Positions 12,134 through 23,647 of a stretch of DNA of 64,000 bases are shown here, one piece after another. Position numbers and translations under genes: made by a program. Under the pieces are notes generated by a model. The model saw only the letters and a list, made by a program, of their open reading frames with translations. It was not told where the DNA came from and searched no databases. How positions within the stretch are numbered: the first letter of the stretch is position 1; every line of letters starts with the position of its first letter. Source of the stretch: Vicugna vicugna (Eukaryota); NCBI GenBank assembly GCA_013265495.1, contig MU058221.1, forward strand, positions 682,001-746,000, read 5' to 3'.

Positions 12134-12595
12134 ATATGTTTTCTAATACAAATTGTATTTATGTAGTTTGAGAGATCACCAGGGATAGAATCAAATAAAT
12201 AATAAAATATTTTACAAAATTTGGAATAACATGAGGATTCTGATAAATTAGCAAATTTGGCTATTATCTCATGGAAGTTTTAAACAATGATAAATATGTG
12301 TTTTAATACATAACTAATCCAAGGAGAGGGAGTAGGTGCCAGAAATGAAGAAAGGACATAAAGTACAAAAGTGGGATCTGAAACCAAGATGCTGTATTTG
12401 CACATAAGCCCATGGCTTCCACATGTGCCTGATGCTGGGCTGGAAGTGAGCCCCTGTGTGAAGCAGAATTTTGAAAGGCTGATTCATCTTTGAAGAGAGG
12501 ACTAGAAAAAAACCCCTCCATTAGCCACAGGGAGCTTAACATCTAAAGAAGCAGATCTCCAGGCTCCTTCTGGGAGCCCAGAGGACTCCCGTGTT

Positions 12596-12597
<2 letters not shown>

Positions 12598-12641
<44 letters not shown>
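12598..12641. repeat. (GT)~22 microsatellite
   Basis: Perfect dinucleotide run. Confidence 0.98.
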
Positions 12642-12642
<1 letters not shown>

Positions 12643-14601
12643 GTAAAGGGAAAAGGGGTGTTAAAAATGGACACTCAGCTAAAAAGAATCATAATTTATA
12701 AACAACATGGAAAAACTGAAGTTCCATAAAAGAGCAGGTATAGCACATAGGAAACACAACTAGAAAGTAGTAAAATAAAAGACTATGCAAGTTTTTTAAA
12801 AATTTAGGAAATAACATGTAGGGATAGCAACTACAAAGCAATGAAAGGGCACACACACACAGGAGAAGCAGGGAGACTTGAAAAGGAGAATTTCCAGAGA
12901 TAAAATGAAAAAGAAAGCGTTTGAAATTAAACAGGAGAATGGTTAAATAAATTGTAGTATATCCCAACAGGGGACATGTGGACAGAAGTAAAAATGAATC
13001 AATTCAAGATTTATGTATTAAAAGGGATGTGAGTTAAAAATGATACAGAGGTATTTCAGTCTGTTTTCAATAATATAAAATTTAAAACATCAAAATTGAT
13101 GCCACGTACTACTTAGAAATACACGTGTAGAGTCATTGCCAGCAAATGCATTTGAACATGAAATTCAGGGTGATGTTGGAAGGTGGGGATTGGAAAGGGA
13201 CACTGTGACACCTTAACTGCTTGCTAATGCGTTCTTACTCATGCTTTTTTTTCCCCTCTCCAGGTCATTATACATTTTTTTCTCTTTATACATTTTGTGT
13301 TTCTCTTTATGCATTTTGTGTATATTTCCCTTTATAAATTTTGTGTTTCTGAAATGCTTCACAATAATCAAATAATACAAATAAACACTTTAAAAAGATA
13401 ATTCATGAACTAAAAGGTATATCCAAGAGGAGGGTTACTTAACATTAGAACGTCTAAATATTGTATTTTTTGCTGCTGCATAATGAAGTCTAAGCTGTGG
13501 TATGGTTTTTATACACATGTAAATGAGGGGGAGAGAAAAGGAAGAAGGTGGGATCTATAATAAGAAGTGGAAAACTGATGAAAGGTCATATTACTTAATA
13601 TAAACTTCAGCAGAATACAAATATCATCAAAAGGCCAAGAAGATAAATGTTAAGAACTGAAAACATGAACTTGTTGTAAATGTGTTGGTAAGAAATCAAG
13701 ATAATGGGCTTGTCTGTTTTATCCTTGACTTAAAAATTAATGTTTCTGTTTGACCATTGTATGTGATATTTGATGCATTTTATAAAGAGAATTTTTTCCC
13801 AAATGTGTGAGTACAGGCATCTTTTTTGATACTGACATTTGACTCGGTACCATTGTGATCAGAGTGGAGAAGCTTTCTACATCTGACTAGGCGTAAGCCA
13901 GTGATGTAAAATTCCTGTCATCTTCTTGAAGTTTTTATCTACCTCCTCTATCTATTAAGAGATTAATGTTTGAATCTCCCATTAAGACAGTGGATTTTAA
14001 AGTTTCTCTTCACAGATGCAACACATTTTACATTATGCATTTTAAAACTGTTATTAGGTGCTTAGTAGCTTGAAAAATTCTAGGCAACCACAGCTGCAAA
14101 TGGATTCATAGGTACTCATACAGTGGCCGCAGTGAAACTTGGGAGTCTCATTTAGTGTCATTGTTACCAACCTCAGCTGACAGCTATCTGTCAGCAATTA
14201 CTACTAGCAAGTAGCTGCTTTTCTTTCTCTTACACCTTCACAAGTTTACAGATATATCCTTCACTGATAATCTCTTATCTGGACCCATAAATACAAGAGG
14301 AACCTGCAACATGTAGTTTCAGGCTTCTAGAAAAGACTGTATATTGGGTTTGCATTGTTGCAAGACTTACAGTAGATAACTCAGCACAGCATACTCTTTT
14401 ATTGACTCAACATCCATAGACTTTCTTCTGCCTTCATTTAAATATCTAAATGCAATATAGAAACAACAGTATTTTTTCACCAAACTTGATGTAACAAAAA
14501 TTTGCATAGCCTTTCCCCAAAAATGTGTGAACAGAAATTCTTGGAAGTGATCTCTGTGTGATATTTATTCCTATTCCAGCTCAGTCATGATCTCTCTGTG
14601 A

Positions 14602-14965
14602 TGTATCAGTGAGGATAAGGAGGGTTATGGCTGAGTAACAAAAAAAATCCCAAATGTGAGTAGCTTCAAATAAGAAAATGAATTACTTATAGGACATGAA
14701 AGGTTTCCATGTTCATCAATGAGTCTTTCTGCCCCATGTCTTCCTTACCCTATGAATCAGGGTCACAGAGGCTGCCTCATCTAGACTGCTGATAGAAAAG
14801 ACAGCATGGGGACCAGAAAATGGAGGATTGAGCACCAGTCAAATGCTCAATTCAACAAGTCACTTCTGTCTGTATTTCATCGGTCACATCAGATCTCATG
14901 GCCATTACTGTACTCTCAAATGTGCAAGAAAACTATGTATTAGTAAAGGGCAATAATGTTCAGCA
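14602..14965 (-). mobile_element. Old MaLR (MLT1-like) LTR relic
   Basis: TGTATCAGTGAGGAT..GGTTATGGCTGAGTAACAAAA..CCCAAATGTGAGTAGCTTCAA resembles an MLT1 3' end in reverse orientation. Confidence 0.55.
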
Positions 14966-17900
14966 CAGGACTCTGTGATGCAAAATAGAATTTTTCAAGT
15001 GAGGTTCAGTATAAAATATCTTGGATCCTTCCCTCTAAACAGTTCGTTACCCCATGTTGTTTTATAATTCTTAGCACCACAAAGTATCATTGTTGTTTTA
15101 AACTTATCTTCTTAGTCGGTCACGATTTGACATTTTGCTATGAAAAAGTGTTACAAAATAATTGGCTTTTTCTTCTCCCTCTGTGTCTCAACATTTGATT
15201 TTCTTTCTTTCTTTCTTTCGTTCTTTTTTCGTCACATATGTCTCCCCAACATTATTGAGTAGAAGAACTGGAGATGTTGTAAGTCCAGCTATGCTATCAA
15301 GTTACTGTCGAGGTAAAGTTATGTCTCAAGACATTTTCTACTTCTCCAAGAAAATACCCAAGAAATGAGATCAACTGAGCGTTGGTTTAATTTCATATTG
15401 CTCTTTTCTAACATTTTAACTGACATAAGTAATTTAACAAATGCTCAATTTTATGAAAGAACTAGTAAGGACTTGACAAAACTTCGAGGCTACATTTTGA
15501 ACATTTAAATAAAGCTTAACCATTTAATCTAAAAGATAATAAAATAATAAAAAAGTAGCAAAACAATAAAAGGTAAGTAGACAATTAGTTGTCCAGAAGC
15601 AAGAAGAAGTATAACTATATTCAGTGCATGGCCAGAAACATCCTGCAAGTTGTTTTATGTCATTTAACGTATAAGGATTTGTGAAGCCATGAGAACATTC
15701 TTGAAGAAAAATGAGGCTATCATAGTGCTTGCTTTTTAAGCAAGACAGCAATATTCTTCAGAAAATGGAGATGTCTTCTAAAGACCTAACTTCAGTCAGG
15801 GGTCGTGTTTTCTACTATTTCAGACCCCCTCCCCCTTTTATTGGCCCCTTTTTCATCACACAGCATGTATCTCCAACTACCTAAGAAAAGAAAGAATGTT
15901 TTTCACGTAATAGAAGAAGAACCTTGAAGAGACTTTGTCTACTATTGTAGTACATACCTTACTTACAAAGAAAGCAAAAGGGACAAAGATTGAAGAAGGA
16001 AAGAGCAGAATCTACAATGATCTTAGCATTTGACTGTTCATTTTTTAAAGAGTGAACTACTCAATCCTACACTTTTTAGTGAAAGGAGTAGAAATGCCAC
16101 ATGAAGACAAGGTAGTAAGATTAAACAGAACCATTTTTTATTTATTCTAGATGAAGAGAGTGGAACATACTGAAAGCGAAGAGAAATGTACTAAAGGCAG
16201 AGAGACTTCCAATAGAAGAAAAGTAGTACAAATTCTAGTCAAAATTTTTTATGTACTGGAAAAGGGTGATAAAAAGAGATGACAGCTTGAAAGAGGATAA
16301 TCACTTCCTCTTCTAAAATGAGAAGAAAGGCTGAGAAGATAAGGTAAAGAGATAAGTGGATTCAGATAAAAAGTACAACAAATACGAGATTTCTTGTTAG
16401 ATAGCCTGGAAGTCTCTAGAAAGCACGGAGTGAGATGATCTTACGGGAATGATATGCAAGTTGTTTAATAAAGACAGTCTTGCAAAAAGAAAGATGCCCT
16501 TCTGGTTAGCTGGCCTGAGGAGCTTGCCATGGACATAATCAGAAATAAACCCAGGGGCCAGCAGGCAGCCGCAGAGTCCCCACTGGACTTGCAGGATCCC
16601 AAACTGAATTTGACCATGGTTTCATCCCCTTTTGCCTGATGCTAAAGAATCTGAATTAATATTGCTGAATGAATTAAAAATGAGTAAACTGCCATCCCCA
16701 GCAAGTAGTCAGTTTAAACTTGAAGGAAGAAAATGCTTCCGTCTTACTTTCCTTTTCCTGATCTCCTCACAGAAGCGTAGAAGGTCAGAGTTGGCAGGAT
16801 CTCTGGGTTTAACTCTCAGTGCTAATTCCTTCTACACAATTGCCTGAAATACACTCGCCCTGTGCGTAGGACTCTCACTGACTAACAGGGAGCTGCCTGC
16901 CTGAGCCCTGGAGCCTGGGGGTCGTGGGTGACGTGCAGATCAGGGTTTGAATGGCCTTCATTGCCTGAGCTCCCTTTACCTGCACTGAGTTCTCTGCTGT
17001 AGTGACAGATTGCTTTCTTCCTGTTTGATATGAAATTTCCTCCAGAGCTGAAAACCAGCCATCAGGTTGATGTTTTCCAGACTTGTGAAACTCCCTTCCA
17101 GCTGGTCGGCGCCTCTTCTCACGTGTCACCCATCACTCTGGACATAATTCTCTGCCCGTGTTGAGGTCTTTATACAGTCGGACAACTAGGAAGACTGGAC
17201 ATCCCACTGAAATCCCGTTCAGCCTGAAACTGACAGAGCTTCCACAGCCCCTGGCTTCCAGCACTAAAGCTAGGCAAGGCCTGTGATGTTGAGACGATTT
17301 GATCACCTTTCAATGTGTAAATAGCTCTGTTCACTCTCATCCATCACAGGAGAACATTTTCTTCTAGATCTGATTTCAATCTCGCTCTCTCTTTTCCTGA
17401 TAATTCCTCTGGAAAATGTGCTAATGATCAAATCAATAGCCAGGCAGCAGCAGGATGGTGGCACGGAGATCAAACAATTTAAATCACTTACAGTTGGATT
17501 ATCAAGACCAAGGTGATAAAAAAAAATAGACCCCTTACACTATGCTATGAATTGAGGTGATTAGGAAATTTATTTAATATGGTGGTTTTGTGATTCTTCA
17601 GGCTTTTCACCGTTTCAGCCACCACAAACCAGAGTCACCTGAATTGGATTATTGATGCAGAAACAGACAATGGCACATTTTTTAACATGTTTCTTGGGCT
17701 TGTCTCTTAGAACCGTATTTAGACAGCAAAATCCTCTCCTCAAATTGTGAGCAGGGAATCCGTGGGAATTCTTTACAAACTCTTTCCCATATTCCCACTA
17801 TGCCCCTGAGTGCCTTCTGCCTTCCAAGTACTTCAAAGTTTTATTCAGTCTCTTAAAATCATTAGAGTGCAGACATCTGTCTCTTTTAACAGAAGTGTTT

Positions 17901-18659
17901 TTATTCAGAGTCTACCCATTCCTGTCAAGTGGGGCTTCGTGAAGACACCTACCAAACCAGAAGGGTTTTTTTTATGACTTGCATTCTCTAAAGAACTTCC
18001 ATGATTCTAAGCCCACATTTTCACGTAAGCACGAGGAGCCCCAGGCTCCAGGTGACACTGGAACTGGATTACTTCTTAAGTACTTGACTCTTTCAGTTAA
18101 AATGTTAGCTGCAGCCCTCACGAATCTATTCCCTCTTCATGCATGAACTCAGAGGACGCTGCTGACTCCCCTGATCCCTGCTCAGCCCTCTCCCCGGCAC
18201 CTTCTTTCTGGTCCTATTGAGTCAGGTGTCTCTCAAACTCATGAGAACATTTAGAGTCAGTTATAATTAGCAAAAAAATTGGGGGGAGACTTTTACTGCA
18301 GTGAGTGGCCCAAATAAGAAAGATTATTGTATATGCTTTGCAATATCAACAAAAATCTTATTCATACTGAGTAAGCTGATAGATAGAAAGCACTTACAAG
18401 AGTTCCTGGTGCATAATAGGTGCTCAAAAATGTAAGCTATCATTAACTGCTGTATCGTAACACTTTATTATAATGAATGAATATTATCTTAATATATAAA
18501 TGGCTCAAGCACATAAAAAATGTAAAATTGCATGTAGGGGAACATGAAATTATCTGGGTCATCCTGTTCAGAGTTCTTCTTCTCAGAGATAATATTTGTA
18601 TATTTGGATTATACCATGCAGAGATTTTTAAACTATTTTCTTTATTATTGTCTTACTTA

Positions 18660-18785
18660 ATTATTTTTATTTTTGGTCAAGGTAATTAGGTTTTTTATTT
18701 TGGGGGGAGGGGCTGGGGATTGAACCCAGGACCTCAAGCATGCTAAGCGTGCAGCTCTACCACTGGAGCTATACCCTCTCTCCCC
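18660..18785 (-). mobile_element. tRNA-Ala-derived SINE (vic-1-like, Camelidae)
   Basis: Reverse complement reads GAGGGTATAGCTCCAGTGGTAGAGC..CTTAGCATGC..GAGGTCCTGGGTTCAATCCCCAG (A and B boxes), then an AAACCTAATTACC tail. Confidence 0.9.
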
Positions 18786-19544
18786 TTTTTTTAATATTTT
18801 ATTTGTCATTGCGTTTTTTAATTATTTTTATTTTCATGCAGAGATATTAAAGCTCATTGTTTTTACTGTTTCACTGTTTTATGTATTAATTTAACGAATG
18901 TGTATTCTTCTGTCATGTATCTGTAAAATGATATACTTAACGAATTCCTTAATGAACATCACCTTTTCCTAAAGCTTTATTGTTCAGAACAGATTTGCAT
19001 GTTGATATCCTTTTACCTAAATTTTTCAGCAAAGTGTTTATTTTTTCCTTAAGATCAAATTCTGATAGAGAATTTTGAGGCCAAAGGGTACAATTTTAAA
19101 AATGTGACTCGTAGTGGAAAACTAATCTCAAAGAAAGTGTGGCCAATTTTCCTTTACCTGAGTGTTGTCAAGTTTCCCACATTCTCTCAAATTCTTATAA
19201 ATGTATATAGATATCAATATATATATATATATATATACACACATATCTGTCTATACATACGCATATACACACATACATATATATTTATATCTATTGATTT
19301 AATCTCTGTCCATTGTATTTTATCTTTCCTAATTGGCTTTTTAAGTCTTTTTTGCATAATTCAAAACACCTTTATCTTTCTGTGATGGTGCTAGAATATG
19401 GATAATTAGGGCACGAAGGTCCTATGGCAAGCTCATGGAGAGAGTTCTCGGCCAGCAAGTGGGAGAGAAGCAAAAACGAGGCGTTTGAATGCACGCCTGC
19501 AATTCTTTCCGTTTCAGCCAGCAGAATGAACATGTCAGTAAGCA

Positions 19545-19831
19545 AATTTCCTGAAATACAGTGGTAGCAGCTAGGCTCCTCCACTCTCGTTTAGAAAATC
19601 TAATTTGGTGCTGAACCTAAGTAAGTCACAGAAGTCAATGAATAAAGTCGGAATAAATGTACTTACAGATGTAGAGTGGACTTTGAAAGAATTTCCTGAT
19701 ACAGTGGTAGCAACTAGGCTCCTCCACTCTCGTTTAGAAAATCTAATTTGGTGCTGAACCTAAGTAAGTCACAGAAGTCAATGAATAAAGTCGGAATAAA
19801 TGTACTTACAGATGTAGAGTGGACTTTGAAA
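19545..19831. repeat. Tandem duplication of a ~143-bp unit
   Basis: 19545-19688 versus 19690-19831: one substitution and one 2-nt indel. Confidence 0.98.
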
Positions 19832-20596
19832 TATTTAACTTTTTCCCCTGTGGGTTGCACGAGATTTTGGTGAATAATATGATGTGAGATTTAGTAATTG
19901 TTTGTTCAGTTGATTGACAAGCATTACATTGAGTAAGTAATTACTTGTCATTCATCAGTATTTCAAGAAGATGGCATGGTTAAATTGAGAGTAAGTCACT
20001 TAAGGTTTAGGAGTTTAATGTTCGATTTTCCATTGATTTATGTCAGGTTTTACTCTATTAAAAAAATTAGACCATAAAACTGTCCTAATCAGGATGATTC
20101 GGGCTTCAGCTGGAGGGAGAAAAATGAGAATAAGAGCCAACTCATTTTATTACCAAGACAAGACTGATTTCTTATCAGGATAATCACCTTACTTCCAGGA
20201 TGCAGGACTCAGTGTAGAGAAAATTGAAAAGTGTCTTGGCCATAGGCATAGCAAACCAATCCTTTTAAAGAGCTAGTTTCTCTGATCTTTAGAAAAACTG
20301 AAATAAAAATTCACCAACAAAGTTGCTGTTCAGAAATATCTTAACATTCTATGTACATTTATAATGGATTTAAATATTTTTATAAAGAACTGAAGGCTGA
20401 TGTTGGACAGCTGACTGGAAATTGTTATAAGAAAATGGTTAGCTGAAAAATAAGACATTTTACTAGAATTGCTTTTCAGAGTAGCTCTCCAAAGCATAAG
20501 ACGTTAGCATCTGAAATGTCATCAGAAACAATGTAAGAAGAGGGGAGAGTCTGCGAAAAATCTTGCAGGTTTATTGTACTTTCTCTCTCTCTCTCT

Positions 20597-20740
20597 TTTT
20601 TTTTAATTATTTACTTACTTATTTTTTTGGCAGGGGAGGGAATGAGGTTTATTTATTTTTAGAGGAGGTACTGGGGATTGAACCCAGGACCTCGTGCAGG
20701 CTAAGCACGTGCTCTACTGCTTGAGCTGCCCCCCCCACCC
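20597..20740 (-). mobile_element. tRNA-derived SINE (vic-1-like)
   Basis: GAGGTACTGGGGATTGAACCCAGGACCTCGTGCAGGCTAAGCACGTGCTCTAC..TTGAGCT with a T-rich tail on the left. Confidence 0.9.
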
Positions 20741-20939
20741 CTTAGCCTGTTGAATGCAACGGAAGTTACAGCTTTAACAGCCCCAGACAGAAACGTCGGT
20801 CCCCGGATTCTGCCTGACCCTGAGCTTTGCACGTTTCTCTGGTAGGACAGCGTATCTCTCAGCAACTGAGTGCTGCTTCATGGTGAAGTGGGGCCCTGCG
20901 GGTCGGCCGGGCTGCCCGCTGTCAGCACGTCGGGGCGCG

Positions 20940-21092
20940 CGGCCTTAACCCCCGGCTCGCCCAGGCGTCGCACGTCGCGTGTCGTGCATTAGCCGTCTAA
21001 CCTCTCGTCGTCTCCATTTCCCCCCAGATAAAATGGAGATTCAGTTCCATCCTATTTCACGGACTTGCGGAGAAATTCACATAAAGCACTCA
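20940..21092 (+). mobile_element. MIR relic, unusually CpG-rich at its 5' part
   Basis: TAACCTCTC..CTCCATTTCCC..ATAAAATGGAGAT..CCTATTTCACGG..TAAAGCACT follows the MIR core. Confidence 0.6.
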
Positions 21093-22953
21093 TTCCAATA
21101 ATACACAACTTTGATGTTTTTTCTCCAGGCAGTTTGTGAAAAATCATGAAAGTGTGTTTTTGTTAGTGTCGTGATGGCGTGTACGTGCGCGTTTCACTTC
21201 ACTCTGTGCTTGGAGGAAAACCCTGGCTTTCCCGTTTATGCCGCTGTGCTGTAAATGGGCGACACCTATTTGTCACAAAAGCTGTGTGACAAGGATATCA
21301 CAGAAAACACTTAAAACCTGTGTTCCGATCTCTGTAGGCATAATGTACATACTCTCAGACTCAGGCATGAACGGTAGACATTGAATTAATGCAGAGTTTA
21401 GGATGTAAACTTTACCCTCTATAGCTTATGTTTTACTCTGATAAAGCTCTCTACTCTTATTCCAAAATGATTAAAAGATAAACAGACATGAGGAATGGAG
21501 ACTATGATTTAAACCCATGGATTAATCTGGTGATTCCTAATCCCAGATGATTTTACCAAAGAAATACAACGAGTAGAGCTGGATTCTAGCACAGGATGAA
21601 ATAAGTCAGACAGAGATTTGAAGAAATACCTGTAAGCTACCTGCAGGTTAGACTTGGCTGAGGACAGGGCCTGTGATTCCTGCTTGCAGGAAAACCCCAC
21701 ACAGGTATTCTGTGAGGGGAGTCCAGAACACCCACAGACAGACCGAAACTGGACTAGCAGTTTGATGTTTGGTGATGGAACAAACGGGGAAAGGGAAACA
21801 GAGGAGGGCCGAACAAATTGATTAAGTCAGAGGAGTGACCAGGTACAGAAGCAGCACAGATCATTCTCATCCCAGTGTCAAGGGTTCACACCTGAGTGAA
21901 TGGCTGGTGGTAAATAAATGACAGTGGCTTCAAACGGATTCAAGAGAAGGGCCATGACGCCAGTCAGGAAAGAATGAACTACATTCTGCTGAAACAAACA
22001 AAAGAAGGAATCCAAACCTTTAGGTACAAAAGTAAAACTTCATGTGAAAATAGCAAACAACAATAACAACTAAGGTAAATTACCCAGGCCCACATTTATC
22101 AAAAACTCCAGTGAATGATTATAATTGAAATACTTTCCAAGTAACACAGAAGAAGAACAGATAGACAGTCAGCTAATATGGTTAGGTAAGATGTTAATTC
22201 TTCCAAGGTTAGCTAATGCATTTAATGTGAAGTAAATATAAGAAAATGGGATTTTATTGGAGGGAGGAGCCTGTGGCAATTTAATAAGATCATTTCAAAG
22301 TACACACAGAAAAAGTAACCAAAGGATATCAAGCAAAACTCAGAAAAATAACAATTTGGGGCACTGGCCTTAGTATATGATACAATGAAAAATGTTAACC
22401 CCTGAAGTGTGACACCAGTACAGAAGTAGACAAATCACCTATTAAGAAACATTAGCAAATGAGAAAAAAGAATATTTGCCATCAAATTTTAACAGAATGT
22501 AATATAAAATAAAAAAGATTTTACATAATAGAACATCTAAATAATTACTGGTAACATGGCTATAAACACAATCAATGGAAACACACTGAAGTAAAAGAAG
22601 TATTTTGTTTACAAAACCATTATCATCCAGAACTAAAATTTGTGGCTTCTTGTCATAGCTGTGTGATATTCAAATAGGGAGGAGAAGTGTGAAAACTGCT
22701 GAAAGTTTTCCTTTCACATCGGAACTGCAAACAACTCAATTACTTGTGATTTCAGCAGAAGTGATTACGCTTGGCACTTTGATTGCACTGAAACCTAAGA
22801 ACAGGTATTCCAATGACTTTAGGAGGCGTATTTTCTACATCACCAGCAGGGACAAAAAAGAGAGAGAAAACAAACTCTTTTTTTTTAACTCTAAAATTCT
22901 AATAGTGGTCCAAGGTTTAAAAAAATGTGATAATAAAAATGCATCACTGTAAA

Positions 22954-23128
22954 GGAGGGTATAGTTCAAGTGCTCGAGTGTATACTTAGCGTGCATGAGG
23001 TCCTGGGTTCAAGCCCCAGTATCTTCTCTAAAAATTAGTAAATAAACAAGACTGATTACCTCCCTGCACCAAAAAACAAACAAACAAACAAAAACAAACA
23101 AACAAACAAGACAAACAAACCAAAAAAA
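22954..23128 (+). mobile_element. tRNA-derived SINE (vic-1-like) with (AAAC)n tail
   Basis: GGAGGGTATAGTTCAAGTG..CTTAGCGTGCATGAGGTCCTGGGTTCAAGCCCCAGTA; degraded TSD (..GCATCA.. on both sides). Confidence 0.9.
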
Positions 23129-23647
23129 GCATCATATTAAAAGATTTGAAATTAAAGAATATATTTTCTGGAACAATGCCCTTAAAAAGCATTTGATAAA
23201 TTTCAACATACGTTGCATTTTTTTAAAACAAACTACAACAGTTTCACTAAATAGAAACTGAAGGATAAGTTAATACTATGATAAAGATTGATTATCACAA
23301 AGAAAAGCTGAAATCTTACATAAGGAAGGTCTTCTGATTGAAATTAAGAATAGACAAAGGTGTCTGACTTCTCCTCTGTTGTGAAAGGATTAGCCAAGGT
23401 AATTGAATAAAAAATATTTTTAAACAGAAGCTAAAGATTAGAATGAAAAGTGAAAGCAATGCCAGCTTACCTTGAACCACAGAAGAAACAATTGCAAAGA
23501 CATTTGAATGTTCTAAATGTAGAATGAGTAACCACAGTTACATGTGGCTGTGCAAACAAAGGCTGTAGAAATAATGTTATTTTCTTTTTGTCCATTTTGT
23601 GTATTAAATTTTTCTCCCATCAAAAATTTTTCTTAAAAATTTCAGTT

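Noticed and set aside
22954..23025. tRNA-Ala gene (also at ~18710, ~20670 and ~39165)
   Set aside because: tRNA-like head is mutated and followed by a shared SINE body and A-rich tail.
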